This document shows, in pieces, positions 19,317-28,305 of a stretch of DNA of 64,000 nt. Made by a program: the position numbers and the translations under genes. The DNA is taken from the NCBI GenBank assembly GCA_051819685.1, contig JBNJGI010000001.1:18-64017 (forward strand). The letters are read 5' to 3'. The DNA is from Nanobdellota archaeon (GTDB taxonomy: Archaea > Nanobdellota > Nanobdellia > Woesearchaeales > DATGWN01). The first letter of the stretch is position 1; the number at the start of each line of letters is the position of its first letter. Below the pieces are notes generated by a model. It searched no databases. It saw only the letters and a program-made list of their open reading frames with translations, and had not been told where the DNA came from.

Positions 19317-20202
19317 TATTTTCAAAAAAGACAAAAAAGGTATGACTTTAGTTATGCTGATAGAAATAATTCTTATGGTCTCTTTTGCAATATTTATAAT
19401 GTTCGGAGCAGAAAAAATAATATCTCATGAAGCTAAATACAGAGAATTGGATGTCAATAATCTTGGGCTTTTTCTTGAAAGAGCACCTTCCATACCATAT
19501 AATTTTTATTATAAAATAAACTTCAAAAATAATTACAGTCTTGAAATTAATGAAAAAAAAGTCCTTCTTGACAAGCCCGATATGATAAATAAAAGATACA
19601 TATATGACCTTTCAGATCTCGGTACATATTCAGTGGATATAAAATTCAAAAACATCAAAAACATTCACATCTATAAAATCGGCAATGATATGCACATAAA
19701 AAAATCCTATGATAACAACTTAGCTGACAGGATAATAAAAGAAAAAACAGAAAAAAAACCTCAAAAGATTAATTTCTATTATGAAGGTACTTCATCTTTA
19801 AGAACATCTATAAATTCCCACGATAAATTCAAACTAAAATCTCAGGAGAACGCTCTTGAGGATAAAAAAATTCCAATAATTATAATAGAAGAAAAAAAAG
19901 GCAAACCTGATATAGGCATATTCTATAATCCTGCATCTAAAGAAACAGCAAAAATATTATACAACGCAGCACTTGAAACCATCTATGAAGAATATAAAAA
20001 TATTTTTGAAAAAGAAGACAAATATTATCCTTCCTTTCAGGATAAGATAAAATATTATCCGATTAAAGACTATAAATTCATAAAAGATAATGACATAGAA
20101 AGAAAAGGTGATCTGTTAAAAACACCAATAATTCATCTTGAGATTTATGACAATAATAAAAAACAAAAATACATGGATGAAATTATAAAAGCCCTTAGAT
20201 AA
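19309..20202 (+). CDS. Prepilin-like protein (ATG at 19309; track shows GTG-extended 19300)
   Basis: MLNIFKKDKKGMTLVMLIEIILMVSFAIF (KKG|MTLV...E resembles pilin cleavage motif). Confidence 0.55.
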   Translation: MLNIFKKDKKGMTLVMLIEIILMVSFAIFIMFGAEKIISHEAKYRELDVNNLGLFLERAPSIPYNFYYKINFKNNYSLEINEKKVLLDKPDMINKRYIYDLSDLGTYSVDIKFKNIKNIHIYKIGNDMHIKKSYDNNLADRIIKEKTEKKPQKINFYYEGTSSLRTSINSHDKFKLKSQENALEDKKIPIIIIEEKKGKPDIGIFYNPASKETAKILYNAALETIYEEYKNIFEKEDKYYPSFQDKIKYYPIKDYKFIKDNDIERKGDLLKTPIIHLEIYDNNKKQKYMDEIIKALR

Positions 20203-20203
20203 A

Positions 20204-20695
20204 ATGATGAAAGATAAAAAAGCTATAGCAGACATTTTTACAATAATGTCAAGAATGGGATATTATGTATTCGCAATCCTTATAGCTTCCGCATTATTTC
20301 TTTTCATCGGAGTTCTATTGAAAATGGGTTCTATAGATTATTACAAAAGCGATTATGGAACAGGTGCTATAAATCTTGAAGAAAGATTCTTTAATGAATT
20401 CGCTTATGAAGATGAATTTACAGGAAAAAAATATGCAAGAACGATGGATATTCCCAAAATAAAAAAAATTTCAAAAAAACAGCAATTAGATAATATAATG
20501 GGTGTAAGAGGAAAAAATTCGAAAAAAGGACTTAAAGTCACTATCTTTTCTAAAGAAAAATCAAAAATACTTGAAGTATCCACTTCTAATTACCCTCAAA
20601 CACATGATTCTTACAAAAAAAAATATCCTATAATGATATATGAAAACGATAAATTCCAGGCAGGATTTATCGAAATGAGGTATTGGCAACCATGA
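20204..20695 (+). CDS. N-terminal TM protein (163 aa) of pilin-like operon
   Basis: ORF; hydrophobic segment YYVFAILIASALFLFIGVLL. Confidence 0.5.
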   Translation: MMKDKKAIADIFTIMSRMGYYVFAILIASALFLFIGVLLKMGSIDYYKSDYGTGAINLEERFFNEFAYEDEFTGKKYARTMDIPKIKKISKKQQLDNIMGVRGKNSKKGLKVTIFSKEKSKILEVSTSNYPQTHDSYKKKYPIMIYENDKFQAGFIEMRYWQP

Positions 20696-21258
20696 AAAGT
20701 AAAAGAAGCCAGACAACACTAGTAGTAAATATAACTTTCGGAGTAATCTTTGTAATAGCAGTTTTTTTTGCATACCTTTTCATAGACCATGAATTCAAGA
20801 AACTGAAAGATATGGAAATAATAGAATTCCAGGAAATAGACAGTGCTTCAGCATATATATCCACATTGAAAGAAGCTGACAAAGATGCAGTTAAGGATCT
20901 TATTTCTATAAATAAAAAGATAATTGACAATATGGTAGAAAGTGATACAGCAGAAGGGAGACAGAAAGATAGGATAAAATACTATAAGACTTTCAGAAAT
21001 GAAATAGGGAAAGAAAGTAATGCTGACTTTTCTCCTGAGTATTGGGTACTTAGATATTATCCTCTAATAAAAGACAATGAGCTGGAACTATTTGTTCCTG
21101 CCACTCTTTTTTTCGGAAAAGGAAAAGACCCTTATGAATTAGACTGCTCAAATTTTGGTGAAGCAGGGATATACACTTGGAATCCTTCAGTAAATCCTAA
21201 TCTTCAAATAAGTACATTTTACAAAGAATACTGCAAGCTAATGGTGTTAAAAAAATGA
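20692..21258 (+). CDS. Pilin-like protein (ATG at 20692; track TTG-extended)
   Basis: MKSKRSQTTLVVNITFGVIFVIAVFF (KRS|QTT motif shared with pilins at 32040 and 40998); ATGA overlap. Confidence 0.55.
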   Translation: MKSKRSQTTLVVNITFGVIFVIAVFFAYLFIDHEFKKLKDMEIIEFQEIDSASAYISTLKEADKDAVKDLISINKKIIDNMVESDTAEGRQKDRIKYYKTFRNEIGKESNADFSPEYWVLRYYPLIKDNELELFVPATLFFGKGKDPYELDCSNFGEAGIYTWNPSVNPNLQISTFYKEYCKLMVLKK

Positions 21259-22010
21259 TAAGGAAATTTTCAAAAAAAGGCGTATCAATTTTCATAGTAG
21301 CTCTTATAATGTTTTTTCTCCTGGGATCCCTTACAATAGCAGTACATGAGATAACAAACAGAATAGATTTCCGTGAATATGCAGGAAAAGATGCAGCAGT
21401 CTTGACAAGATTACAAAGAATAACCGAAAGCCATATATTTTTTATTGAGACAGTAGCTGAAGATTACTTTAAAAACAAAGCATCAGATTACGAAGAAGCT
21501 ATTAAAGGAGTCAAGTTCGAGCTTGAAAATACTACAAAACAAAAATATGAAATGCAGAAAAATCTATTCTTAAAAAATCTTGAACAAAAATTCAATAATT
21601 ATTATAAACAAAAAGCAGAAACCTATAATAATTACATACAGGATAATATCAGAAAAAGAGATGGATATTTTCTTGATAAAAATATTGATTTCAAACTATA
21701 CTCTTATAAAGACAAGCTCAAAGGAATTGCTTTAAAAAAACAAATAATTTCATCATGGAAAAAATCCGGAGGATATTTACATTACTTTCCTCATTTCAGT
21801 ATAAATATGCCTGAATTAAAAATGCTGAAAAATATAGAAAAAATAAAAAAAGAAAGAGTAAAATTAGAAAAATGTCTCATAGAACAAGATAATTTCGATA
21901 ACTGCAGGAAAAAATCTGATCTTGATATTCAAGGAGATTATAATAACAAAATAGCTGATCTTGAAATCAACATAGACGGATTCATATATCTTATAGAATT
22001 CAAAGTATAA
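21255..22010 (+). CDS. Pilin-like N-terminus protein (251 aa)
   Basis: MIRKFSKKGVSIFIVALIMFFLLGSL; ATGA overlap. Confidence 0.55.
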   Translation: MIRKFSKKGVSIFIVALIMFFLLGSLTIAVHEITNRIDFREYAGKDAAVLTRLQRITESHIFFIETVAEDYFKNKASDYEEAIKGVKFELENTTKQKYEMQKNLFLKNLEQKFNNYYKQKAETYNNYIQDNIRKRDGYFLDKNIDFKLYSYKDKLKGIALKKQIISSWKKSGGYLHYFPHFSINMPELKMLKNIEKIKKERVKLEKCLIEQDNFDNCRKKSDLDIQGDYNNKIADLEINIDGFIYLIEFKV

Positions 22011-22398
22011 TTAAATAAAAAATAATCGTTAATATAATACCTGAAACAATACCTGTAAGTACTTCTGGAACAGAATGTCCGATTCTTTCATCCATTTCTT
22101 TCTTTTTTGACAATTTATTAAGCTTCAAAGAATGATTTTGCAACTCTCTTCTTAAACCTAATGCATCTCTTATAAAAAGTGCTGAAAATATCAGAGATAC
22201 AGCAAAAACAATGCTAAAACCTTCAATCAAAAAAACAGAAGTGCATAAAGCTGCAACAAGTGAGGCATGGCTACTTGGCATCCCTCCATATGAAAAAAAC
22301 CCTTTAGAACCATATCCTTTATTAATCAATGGTTTGACTACTTGTGTAAGCATTACAATGATAATACAATTAATTATTACAAATAAAGTTCCATCCAT
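22000..22398 (-). CDS. Divergent PAP2/DUF212-family membrane protein
   Basis: GGMPSSHASLVAAL motif, multiple TM segments. Confidence 0.55.
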   Translation of the reverse strand: MDGTLFVIINCIIIVMLTQVVKPLINKGYGSKGFFSYGGMPSSHASLVAALCTSVFLIEGFSIVFAVSLIFSALFIRDALGLRRELQNHSLKLNKLSKKKEMDERIGHSVPEVLTGIVSGIILTIIFYLIIL

Positions 22399-22551
22399 AA
22401 ATGTTAAATAATTCCCATATTTATATATTTTTCAATATATATTCCTTTTCCATTCCTTACTCTTAATTCAAATATTACTTCAAAATAATTCATAACTCAT
22501 ATAATTTTATTTCCAAAATATTTATAAAAGGATGCAATTCCACAAAACACT

Positions 22552-22815
22552 ATGGTAGCAGGAAATAAAAAAAGCGGAAGCGCTAAGAAATTCCATAAAA
22601 AAGTCTCTAAAGATACAGTGTTAAGGTTTAAGAACAAAAAACCTAAAGTTGCACGATGTCAATTGACTGGTGAAAAACTAGCAGGAGTGCCAAGACTTTC
22701 AAAAGCTAAATCCGGAAATGCTTCTAAAAGTAAAAAAAGACCTGAAAGGCCTTTCGGAGGCGCATTAAGTCCAAAAGCTACTAAAAGAGTAATGATCGAA
22801 CGAGCTCGTAGTTGA
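22552..22815 (+). CDS. rpl34e: Ribosomal protein L34e
   Basis: KVARCQLTGEKLAGV...RPFGGALSPKATKRVMIERA; TATA-like atttataaaag about 23 bp upstream. Confidence 0.7.
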   Translation: MVAGNKKSGSAKKFHKKVSKDTVLRFKNKKPKVARCQLTGEKLAGVPRLSKAKSGNASKSKKRPERPFGGALSPKATKRVMIERARS

Positions 22816-22855
22816 ATTGGCGACAATCGACATGATTCTCAGCTCGGAGGTTAAG

Positions 22856-23227
22856 ATGATATACGAAATAGGAAGAGTATGTATGAAAATAGCAGGAAGA
22901 GATGCAGGTAATTACTGTGTTATCATAGACAAGAAAGATAATAATTTTGTAGAAATTGACGGGCAGACAAGAAGGAAAAAATGTAATATAAACCACCTTG
23001 AGCCTACAGAAAAATCAATTGATATAAAAAAAGGAGCTTCTAATAAAGAAGTATCTGAAGCTCTTACAAAAGAAGGTTTTGAGACAAAAGAAAAAAGCAG
23101 TTCGGCAAAAAAACCTTCAGAAAAGCCTAAAAAAACAGGAAAAAAAGTAAAGGCAAATAAAAAAGAAGATTCAAAAGAGAAAAAGAAAGAATCTAAAAAT
23201 CAAGAATCTTCTGAAAAAAAAGAATAA
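22856..23227 (+). CDS. rpl14e: Ribosomal protein L14e with K/E-rich tail
   Basis: MIYEIGRVCMKIAGRDAGNYCVIIDKKDNNFVEIDGQTRRKKCNINHLEP; ggaggt SD before ATG 22856. Confidence 0.7.
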   Translation: MIYEIGRVCMKIAGRDAGNYCVIIDKKDNNFVEIDGQTRRKKCNINHLEPTEKSIDIKKGASNKEVSEALTKEGFETKEKSSSAKKPSEKPKKTGKKVKANKKEDSKEKKKESKNQESSEKKE

Positions 23228-23231
23228 AAAG

Positions 23232-23915
23232 TTATTTTTTCCTTAAAAATTTCCTGAGTTCATTATTAATTTTATTGAAATCAGGAAACAATTTTTCTTC
23301 CTTCTTGAATTCTGATGTATGATGCATCCTCTTTCCAGTATCAGATGAACGGAACTTATGCTTCTTATGAAGCATCTCATGATAGACAACATACTTTAAA
23401 TATTTTTTTTCGTTTTCCTGCAAATCCTTAAATACTCTGCTTATAGTAATCTTATCCTTAGTGTAACTATAATGCCCTAAAGTCCTTTTAGAATATTTGC
23501 CCCAATCTATAGATGAGACTTCAATTTCTCCAGAAAAATAAATATTATTTATATCTTCAAAAATTTTCAAAAGATAGGGGTCAGAATACTTCTTTTCCGG
23601 ATATTTACCCAAATTAGCTATAAAATGATCATAAATATCCATATTAATAGTTCTATTCCTATTGATTCTGAAAATCTTTTTCATAAGAGATTGTAAAAGC
23701 CCTATAACAATATCTTTAGAAACATCTTTCCACTTATAGCTCAAATTAAAATTATATTCTTTATTCTTGTATTTAACATTAGCATTAAAATCACTAAAAC
23801 GCCTTGAATAAGACAAACTCATATCGAAATTATCGAAATTAACATCAGGTTCAAGCATTTCATAAGCATTTCTTAATAATTCGTTCTCCATTTTATTTTT
23901 TAGAATTAAGGTCAT
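23232..23915 (-). CDS. DUF45/YgjP-like zinc metallohydrolase (HExxH)
   Basis: YVVYHEMLHKKH. Confidence 0.55.
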   Translation of the reverse strand: MTLILKNKMENELLRNAYEMLEPDVNFDNFDMSLSYSRRFSDFNANVKYKNKEYNFNLSYKWKDVSKDIVIGLLQSLMKKIFRINRNRTINMDIYDHFIANLGKYPEKKYSDPYLLKIFEDINNIYFSGEIEVSSIDWGKYSKRTLGHYSYTKDKITISRVFKDLQENEKKYLKYVVYHEMLHKKHKFRSSDTGKRMHHTSEFKKEEKLFPDFNKINNELRKFLRKK

Positions 23916-25677
23916 TAGGAATCTTTAAAACAAATTCTGAACCTTTATTAAGCTTACTATTCAATGTTATATTTCCATGATGAAGCTCTATAATATGTTT
24001 AGATATAGTCAAACCCAAACCACTTCCTTTAATATTTCTTTTCATATGCCCTTCTGCTTGTAAAAATGGTTGGAATATATTTTTCTGATCTTTCTTTGAA
24101 ATACCTATACCTGTATCTTTTATTCTTATAGTACAATAATTCTTTCCGCTATTTATCTTAACAAATATCTTGCCGTTATTAGGAGTAAATTTAATAGCAT
24201 TACCTACAAGATTATAAATGACTTGATATATCTTATCTTTATCATGAGCAATAAACAAAGATTTCCTTCCTTCCCTTTCCAGAGAAATATTCTTATTTTT
24301 TATCTGTATCATAAGACTATCGATAGCTCCTTTCACTGTATTTACAATATCCTCATCCTGTAAATTTAATGTACTTCGGCCTGATTCAAGTCTTGAAAGA
24401 TCAAGAATATCATTAATCAGATTAGATAACCTTTTACTTTCGTTATCAATAACACTTATACTTTCCTTTTGCTTATCATTAATATCCCCTAATCTTTCTG
24501 AAAGAAGCAAAGAAGCATAACCTCTTATAGAAGTCAAAGGAGTTCTAAGTTCATGAGAGACGACAGAGACAAACTCTGATTTAAGATTATTCATTCTCCT
24601 TAATTCAATATTTGCATCCCTCAATTCTTTAGTAGCTGAATTAACTTTCTTCTGCAACTCTTTCTCTCTGAGCTTATAAGCCTCCTCAAGCTCTTTCTGA
24701 AGAATTATATTTTCAGATACATCTCTTATCATAAGAACAGTTCCATCAAAATCGCTCAATTTACTTTTCAATGGATAAGAAAGGATATTTAGATATCTCG
24801 TATTACCTTCTTCATTCTCAAATTTAATATATTTAATCTCATGGTCTTTCATATAAAAAGAAGTATTCTTTACAATTTTCTTAACATTATCCATGTTTTT
24901 CTTTTTGCTGAAAATTTGTAGAAAATTTTTTCCTAAAATATTATTCTCATCTAACTGAAATAATTTACTTGCATTATCGTTCCATAATACAACATTATCA
25001 TTAGAATTATCTATACCTATAAGACCAACAGGAAGATTATCGACAATATTCTGATACACATTTTCAAGAACTTCTATAGTTTTAGAAAAATGTGAAAGTC
25101 TGCTTGAAAGATTGATAGATTGAAGCCCGAAAGCAAAGTGATCTATAATAATCCTCAAATAATCATAATCTCCATAATTAAACTTATTCTTTTTTGTACC
25201 GAAAAAAAATGCTCCGAAAGTATTTTTCTGAAGATAAAATTTAATAACATGCAAATAACTATAATCCGAATAGCTTTTAGAATAAGAAAGATAATTATTC
25301 AACTTTACATCTTCTTTTGATATATTAAAATAATGTCTTGTATTTTCTATTCTTTTTACAAAATTATCTGAAACTTCTATACTACTATGGCCTTTAATGC
25401 TATCATAAATACATGAGAAATTTCTATTAACTGGATCGCAAAAAACAATACCTCCGAATAAAACTCCTGGAGTCATATCTACAATTGTAGAAAGGGCTTT
25501 TTTAGATATATCTTTAAGATTTTTCTGTTTATAGAAACTTTTACTCACTTCGAAAAGAACCCTTAACCTTTCATTCATAGATTTGTTAAATTTCTTTTTA
25601 TTATTTATTAGAATAAATCCCAGAATAAAGACAGAAACGACAAGTATACTTAATTCCGCGATAAGCAGGTTAACCAT
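23893..25677 (-). CDS. Sensor histidine kinase (N-terminal TM, PAS-like, HisKA, HATPase)
   Basis: VSVVSHELRTPLTSIRGYASLL H-box; GLGLTISKHIIELHHGNI G-box. Confidence 0.85.
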   Translation of the reverse strand: MVNLLIAELSILVVSVFILGFILINNKKKFNKSMNERLRVLFEVSKSFYKQKNLKDISKKALSTIVDMTPGVLFGGIVFCDPVNRNFSCIYDSIKGHSSIEVSDNFVKRIENTRHYFNISKEDVKLNNYLSYSKSYSDYSYLHVIKFYLQKNTFGAFFFGTKKNKFNYGDYDYLRIIIDHFAFGLQSINLSSRLSHFSKTIEVLENVYQNIVDNLPVGLIGIDNSNDNVVLWNDNASKLFQLDENNILGKNFLQIFSKKKNMDNVKKIVKNTSFYMKDHEIKYIKFENEEGNTRYLNILSYPLKSKLSDFDGTVLMIRDVSENIILQKELEEAYKLREKELQKKVNSATKELRDANIELRRMNNLKSEFVSVVSHELRTPLTSIRGYASLLLSERLGDINDKQKESISVIDNESKRLSNLINDILDLSRLESGRSTLNLQDEDIVNTVKGAIDSLMIQIKNKNISLEREGRKSLFIAHDKDKIYQVIYNLVGNAIKFTPNNGKIFVKINSGKNYCTIRIKDTGIGISKKDQKNIFQPFLQAEGHMKRNIKGSGLGLTISKHIIELHHGNITLNSKLNKGSEFVLKIPNDLNSKK

Positions 25678-25681
25678 TTGC

Positions 25682-26653
25682 TCAGTGTTTTATTGTATCG
25701 ATAACCAATGACATCTTCTTAAAATCACCTTTATTATCATTACCGGTATAAAGGTAAGGAAGTGTTTCAGTAAACCTTTTCTTCATCTCATCGATACTTT
25801 TACTTATATCTTTTGAAGAAAATATAGTAAAAATATTATCTTCAATATGTCCTATAAAATTATTTTCATCTTTAATACAATCCATTATCATCTTTCCGAT
25901 CAATTGAATTGTCTCATAACTTTTCTTATGACCAAAAAACTTAACATAATCATCAAAATGATTCACCTTGACCTTAATTTCATACCATGAATTCTTTTTA
26001 TCCCATATATTCTTATTCTCTTCTGCAATTATCTTTGATGGAATCCCTGTAATTGGATTCACGGAATAAAGGCCTTCTTTTACTTTAAGTCTGCTTTGTA
26101 TTCTGGCTTCAAGCTCAAGAGGGTCAAAAGGCTTAGTAATGTAATCATCTGCTCCCATATCCATTAGATTAACCTTATCTTTGATTTCACCTTTTGCAGA
26201 AAGGATAATTACAGGTATATTTTTAGTTAATACATTTCTTTTCACTTCTTTACATAAATCTTCTCCACTTTTTTTTGGCATCATAAGATCAAGAACAATT
26301 ATATCTGGAATTATTTTATTGATCATCTCGGATGCTTTTTCTCCATCATAAGCTTCATAAATATCATATCTGCCTTCAGAAAGACTTAACCTTATAAGAT
26401 CCACAATATTCTTCTCATCATCAGCTACAAGCACTCTGAATTTCTTTGAAAATTCAGCCAATTTCCAATACATAGCTGAAGCTATCTTCGTTGAAGTGAC
26501 TAACTTTTCTGCTTTAAGGATCTGAAGATATTTTCCGATAGTAATACGATTATGATTTATTCTATTTGCTATTTCAGAAGCTGAAGCTCCAGCAGGATTT
26601 TCTCTCAAAAAAGATATAATTTTACTTTTTATTTCAAAATCACTTGAATTCAT
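25682..26653 (-). CDS. Response regulator: N-terminal winged HTH + REC + degenerate GGDEF-like domain
   Basis: REC: VLVADDEKNIV...IIVLDLMMPKKSG...ILSAKG; C-terminus NPITGIPSK...VNHFDDYVKFFGHKKSYETIQLIGKMI...NNFIGHIEDNIF resembles GGDEF with motif degenerated. Confidence 0.6.
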   Translation of the reverse strand: MNSSDFEIKSKIISFLRENPAGASASEIANRINHNRITIGKYLQILKAEKLVTSTKIASAMYWKLAEFSKKFRVLVADDEKNIVDLIRLSLSEGRYDIYEAYDGEKASEMINKIIPDIIVLDLMMPKKSGEDLCKEVKRNVLTKNIPVIILSAKGEIKDKVNLMDMGADDYITKPFDPLELEARIQSRLKVKEGLYSVNPITGIPSKIIAEENKNIWDKKNSWYEIKVKVNHFDDYVKFFGHKKSYETIQLIGKMIMDCIKDENNFIGHIEDNIFTIFSSKDISKSIDEMKKRFTETLPYLYTGNDNKGDFKKMSLVIDTIKH

Positions 26654-26730
26654 ATTAATTTATGATAATGTCTTTTCTTTTAAATAATTTGTTATACATA
26701 ACTGTTAAAATACTTCTTATAAATTAAATA

Positions 26731-26815
26731 TAGTAGGCGACATAAGATTGTTATATTTTTATATTGCCTTGCAGAAAACCCAGAAATTTGGCTAGACAAA
26801 TTCTGTCAAATATTG
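26731..26815 (+). repeat. Repeat module B
   Basis: tagtaggcgacataagattgttatatttttatattgccttgcagaaaacccagaaatttggctagacaaattctgtcaaatatt. Confidence 0.7.
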
Positions 26816-26826
26816 AAACTTAAAAT

Positions 26827-27114
26827 AAAATGAGTGATGATATTGCTTCGAAGTAGTTTTTTAATTTGCGGTAAGGAGTGAAACGACTTACAGGAGCGCA
26901 AATTCAATCAAGTTCGCCCGGACAAAATAATTTGCCTTTACAAATTGACTTGTTCGGGGGGTTTTATACCCTTTTACTTTTATTAAACTTGTTTAAGGCT
27001 AGGAACAAAGTGACTATACCGCACTAAAAGTTTCTACTTGTTGAAACCGCCGAAAGGTTTTCCTTGACAGCGTGCCGGAACAGTTTCACGAATATTTGTT
27101 CGCAACATCACTCA
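26827..27114 (+). mobile_element. Repeat element A copy interrupted by a nested ~157-bp GC-richer insertion (26922..27078)
   Basis: A left arm to gttcgcccgg, then unrelated segment ending gcgtgccgg, then A right arm aacag...tttgttcgcaacatcactcac. Confidence 0.6.
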
Positions 27115-27120
27115 CTTTTA

Positions 27121-27211
27121 TAGATGTGCTCAAATTTCTTAATAGTTAAACCATTAGTGTTTAATTATCCTGCGCCATATAAAATATACTTTATTTATGT
27201 CGTCTACTAAT
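27121..27211 (+). promoter_or_regulatory. Repeat module C (right half of BC): palindromic gttaaacc-N-gtttaat site + ccatataaaat TATA-like box, about 100 bp upstream of the 27313 gene
   Basis: Near-identical to 37796..37885 and reverse copy 43958..44030. Confidence 0.6.
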
Positions 27212-27312
27212 ATTCCTTAAATAGTCGTTGACATAGATAAAGTATAACACTCTTATATCGTTGACTAAAAAATCATTTTATTTAAAAATAATAAAAACTT
27301 CCCTATTTCAAA

Positions 27313-28071
27313 ATGGTTTCAGTTGTCAGTACTGCGCAAGTTCAAAAAGGGAAATCTTATTATGGTCTTGGGAAAAAAATTATTGATATAGAAGATTCTG
27401 AAAAAGTTGTTAGCGGTAGCAATTACTATGCAGATTTCGGAATAAGACATTTATTGGAAATCGCAAAAAATCCTCAATATGAAAATGCTTTTGAACCCGG
27501 TACAGGTAGAGGATTCTATTTTGTAGGAGTTATGTCATTACCTAATATGAAATTTGGAAGAGCTGTAGATTTGAATCCTCGTGCTGTAAATCTTACAAAA
27601 AAAAATTTGTGGAGAAATAACATAGAAAAGCCAGTAGATGTTCAAGTACAAGACTGTTTCGAATACATGAAAAAAGATTTCCGGACTGATCTTATTATGG
27701 TCGATCTTCCTCTTATACCAGTACCGAAAGATGAAAAATTACCTTATGGTTTAAGAAGAATCGTTGATGGAGGCCCATCAGGTAATAGGAACCTGAAAAA
27801 GATAATAAATAATTCTCCTTATCATCTTAATGAAAATGGTTCTTTGTTTTTTGTAACATCTGATTTTATTAACCATGATATTTTTGATTTGATGACAGAA
27901 AACAACCTTGAACCTCATCTTATGGGGAGAAAAAAAAAGCATCTTGATGAAACTAAATTAACCTCAAAATTGAGGTCACATATTGAGGAACATCTTGATT
28001 ATCGTTTTAAAAAGGATAATAAAGGATTATATTTTTTGCTTGAAGCTGTTAAAGGTGTATATAAACCTTAA
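27313..28071 (+). CDS. Putative class I SAM-dependent methyltransferase
   Basis: EPGTGRGFYFVGV (motif I), VDLPLIP downstream. Confidence 0.5.
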   Translation: MVSVVSTAQVQKGKSYYGLGKKIIDIEDSEKVVSGSNYYADFGIRHLLEIAKNPQYENAFEPGTGRGFYFVGVMSLPNMKFGRAVDLNPRAVNLTKKNLWRNNIEKPVDVQVQDCFEYMKKDFRTDLIMVDLPLIPVPKDEKLPYGLRRIVDGGPSGNRNLKKIINNSPYHLNENGSLFFVTSDFINHDIFDLMTENNLEPHLMGRKKKHLDETKLTSKLRSHIEEHLDYRFKKDNKGLYFLLEAVKGVYKP

Positions 28072-28126
28072 ACAATCCTAATCTAATACATCATCTATTA
28101 TTTTTAATTTCTTTAATCAACACATA

Positions 28127-28247
28127 AAATAAGGATAATATTTCCTTGAAATAATATTTTAATTTTGGGTAAGAAATGGAATTATTTACAGGAGCGCGAA
28201 TTTAATCAAGTTAACATAGAACAAACATTTTTAACAATATCACTCAC
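28127..28247 (+). repeat. Repeat element A copy (degenerate left arm)
   Basis: ...ttacaggagcgcgaatttaatcaagtt...aacaatatcactcac. Confidence 0.6.
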
Positions 28248-28305
28248 TTTTTTGTATAAGTTTTAAATCAAAGTATTTATAAATAAGCTAAAACGACACT
28301 TTTAT

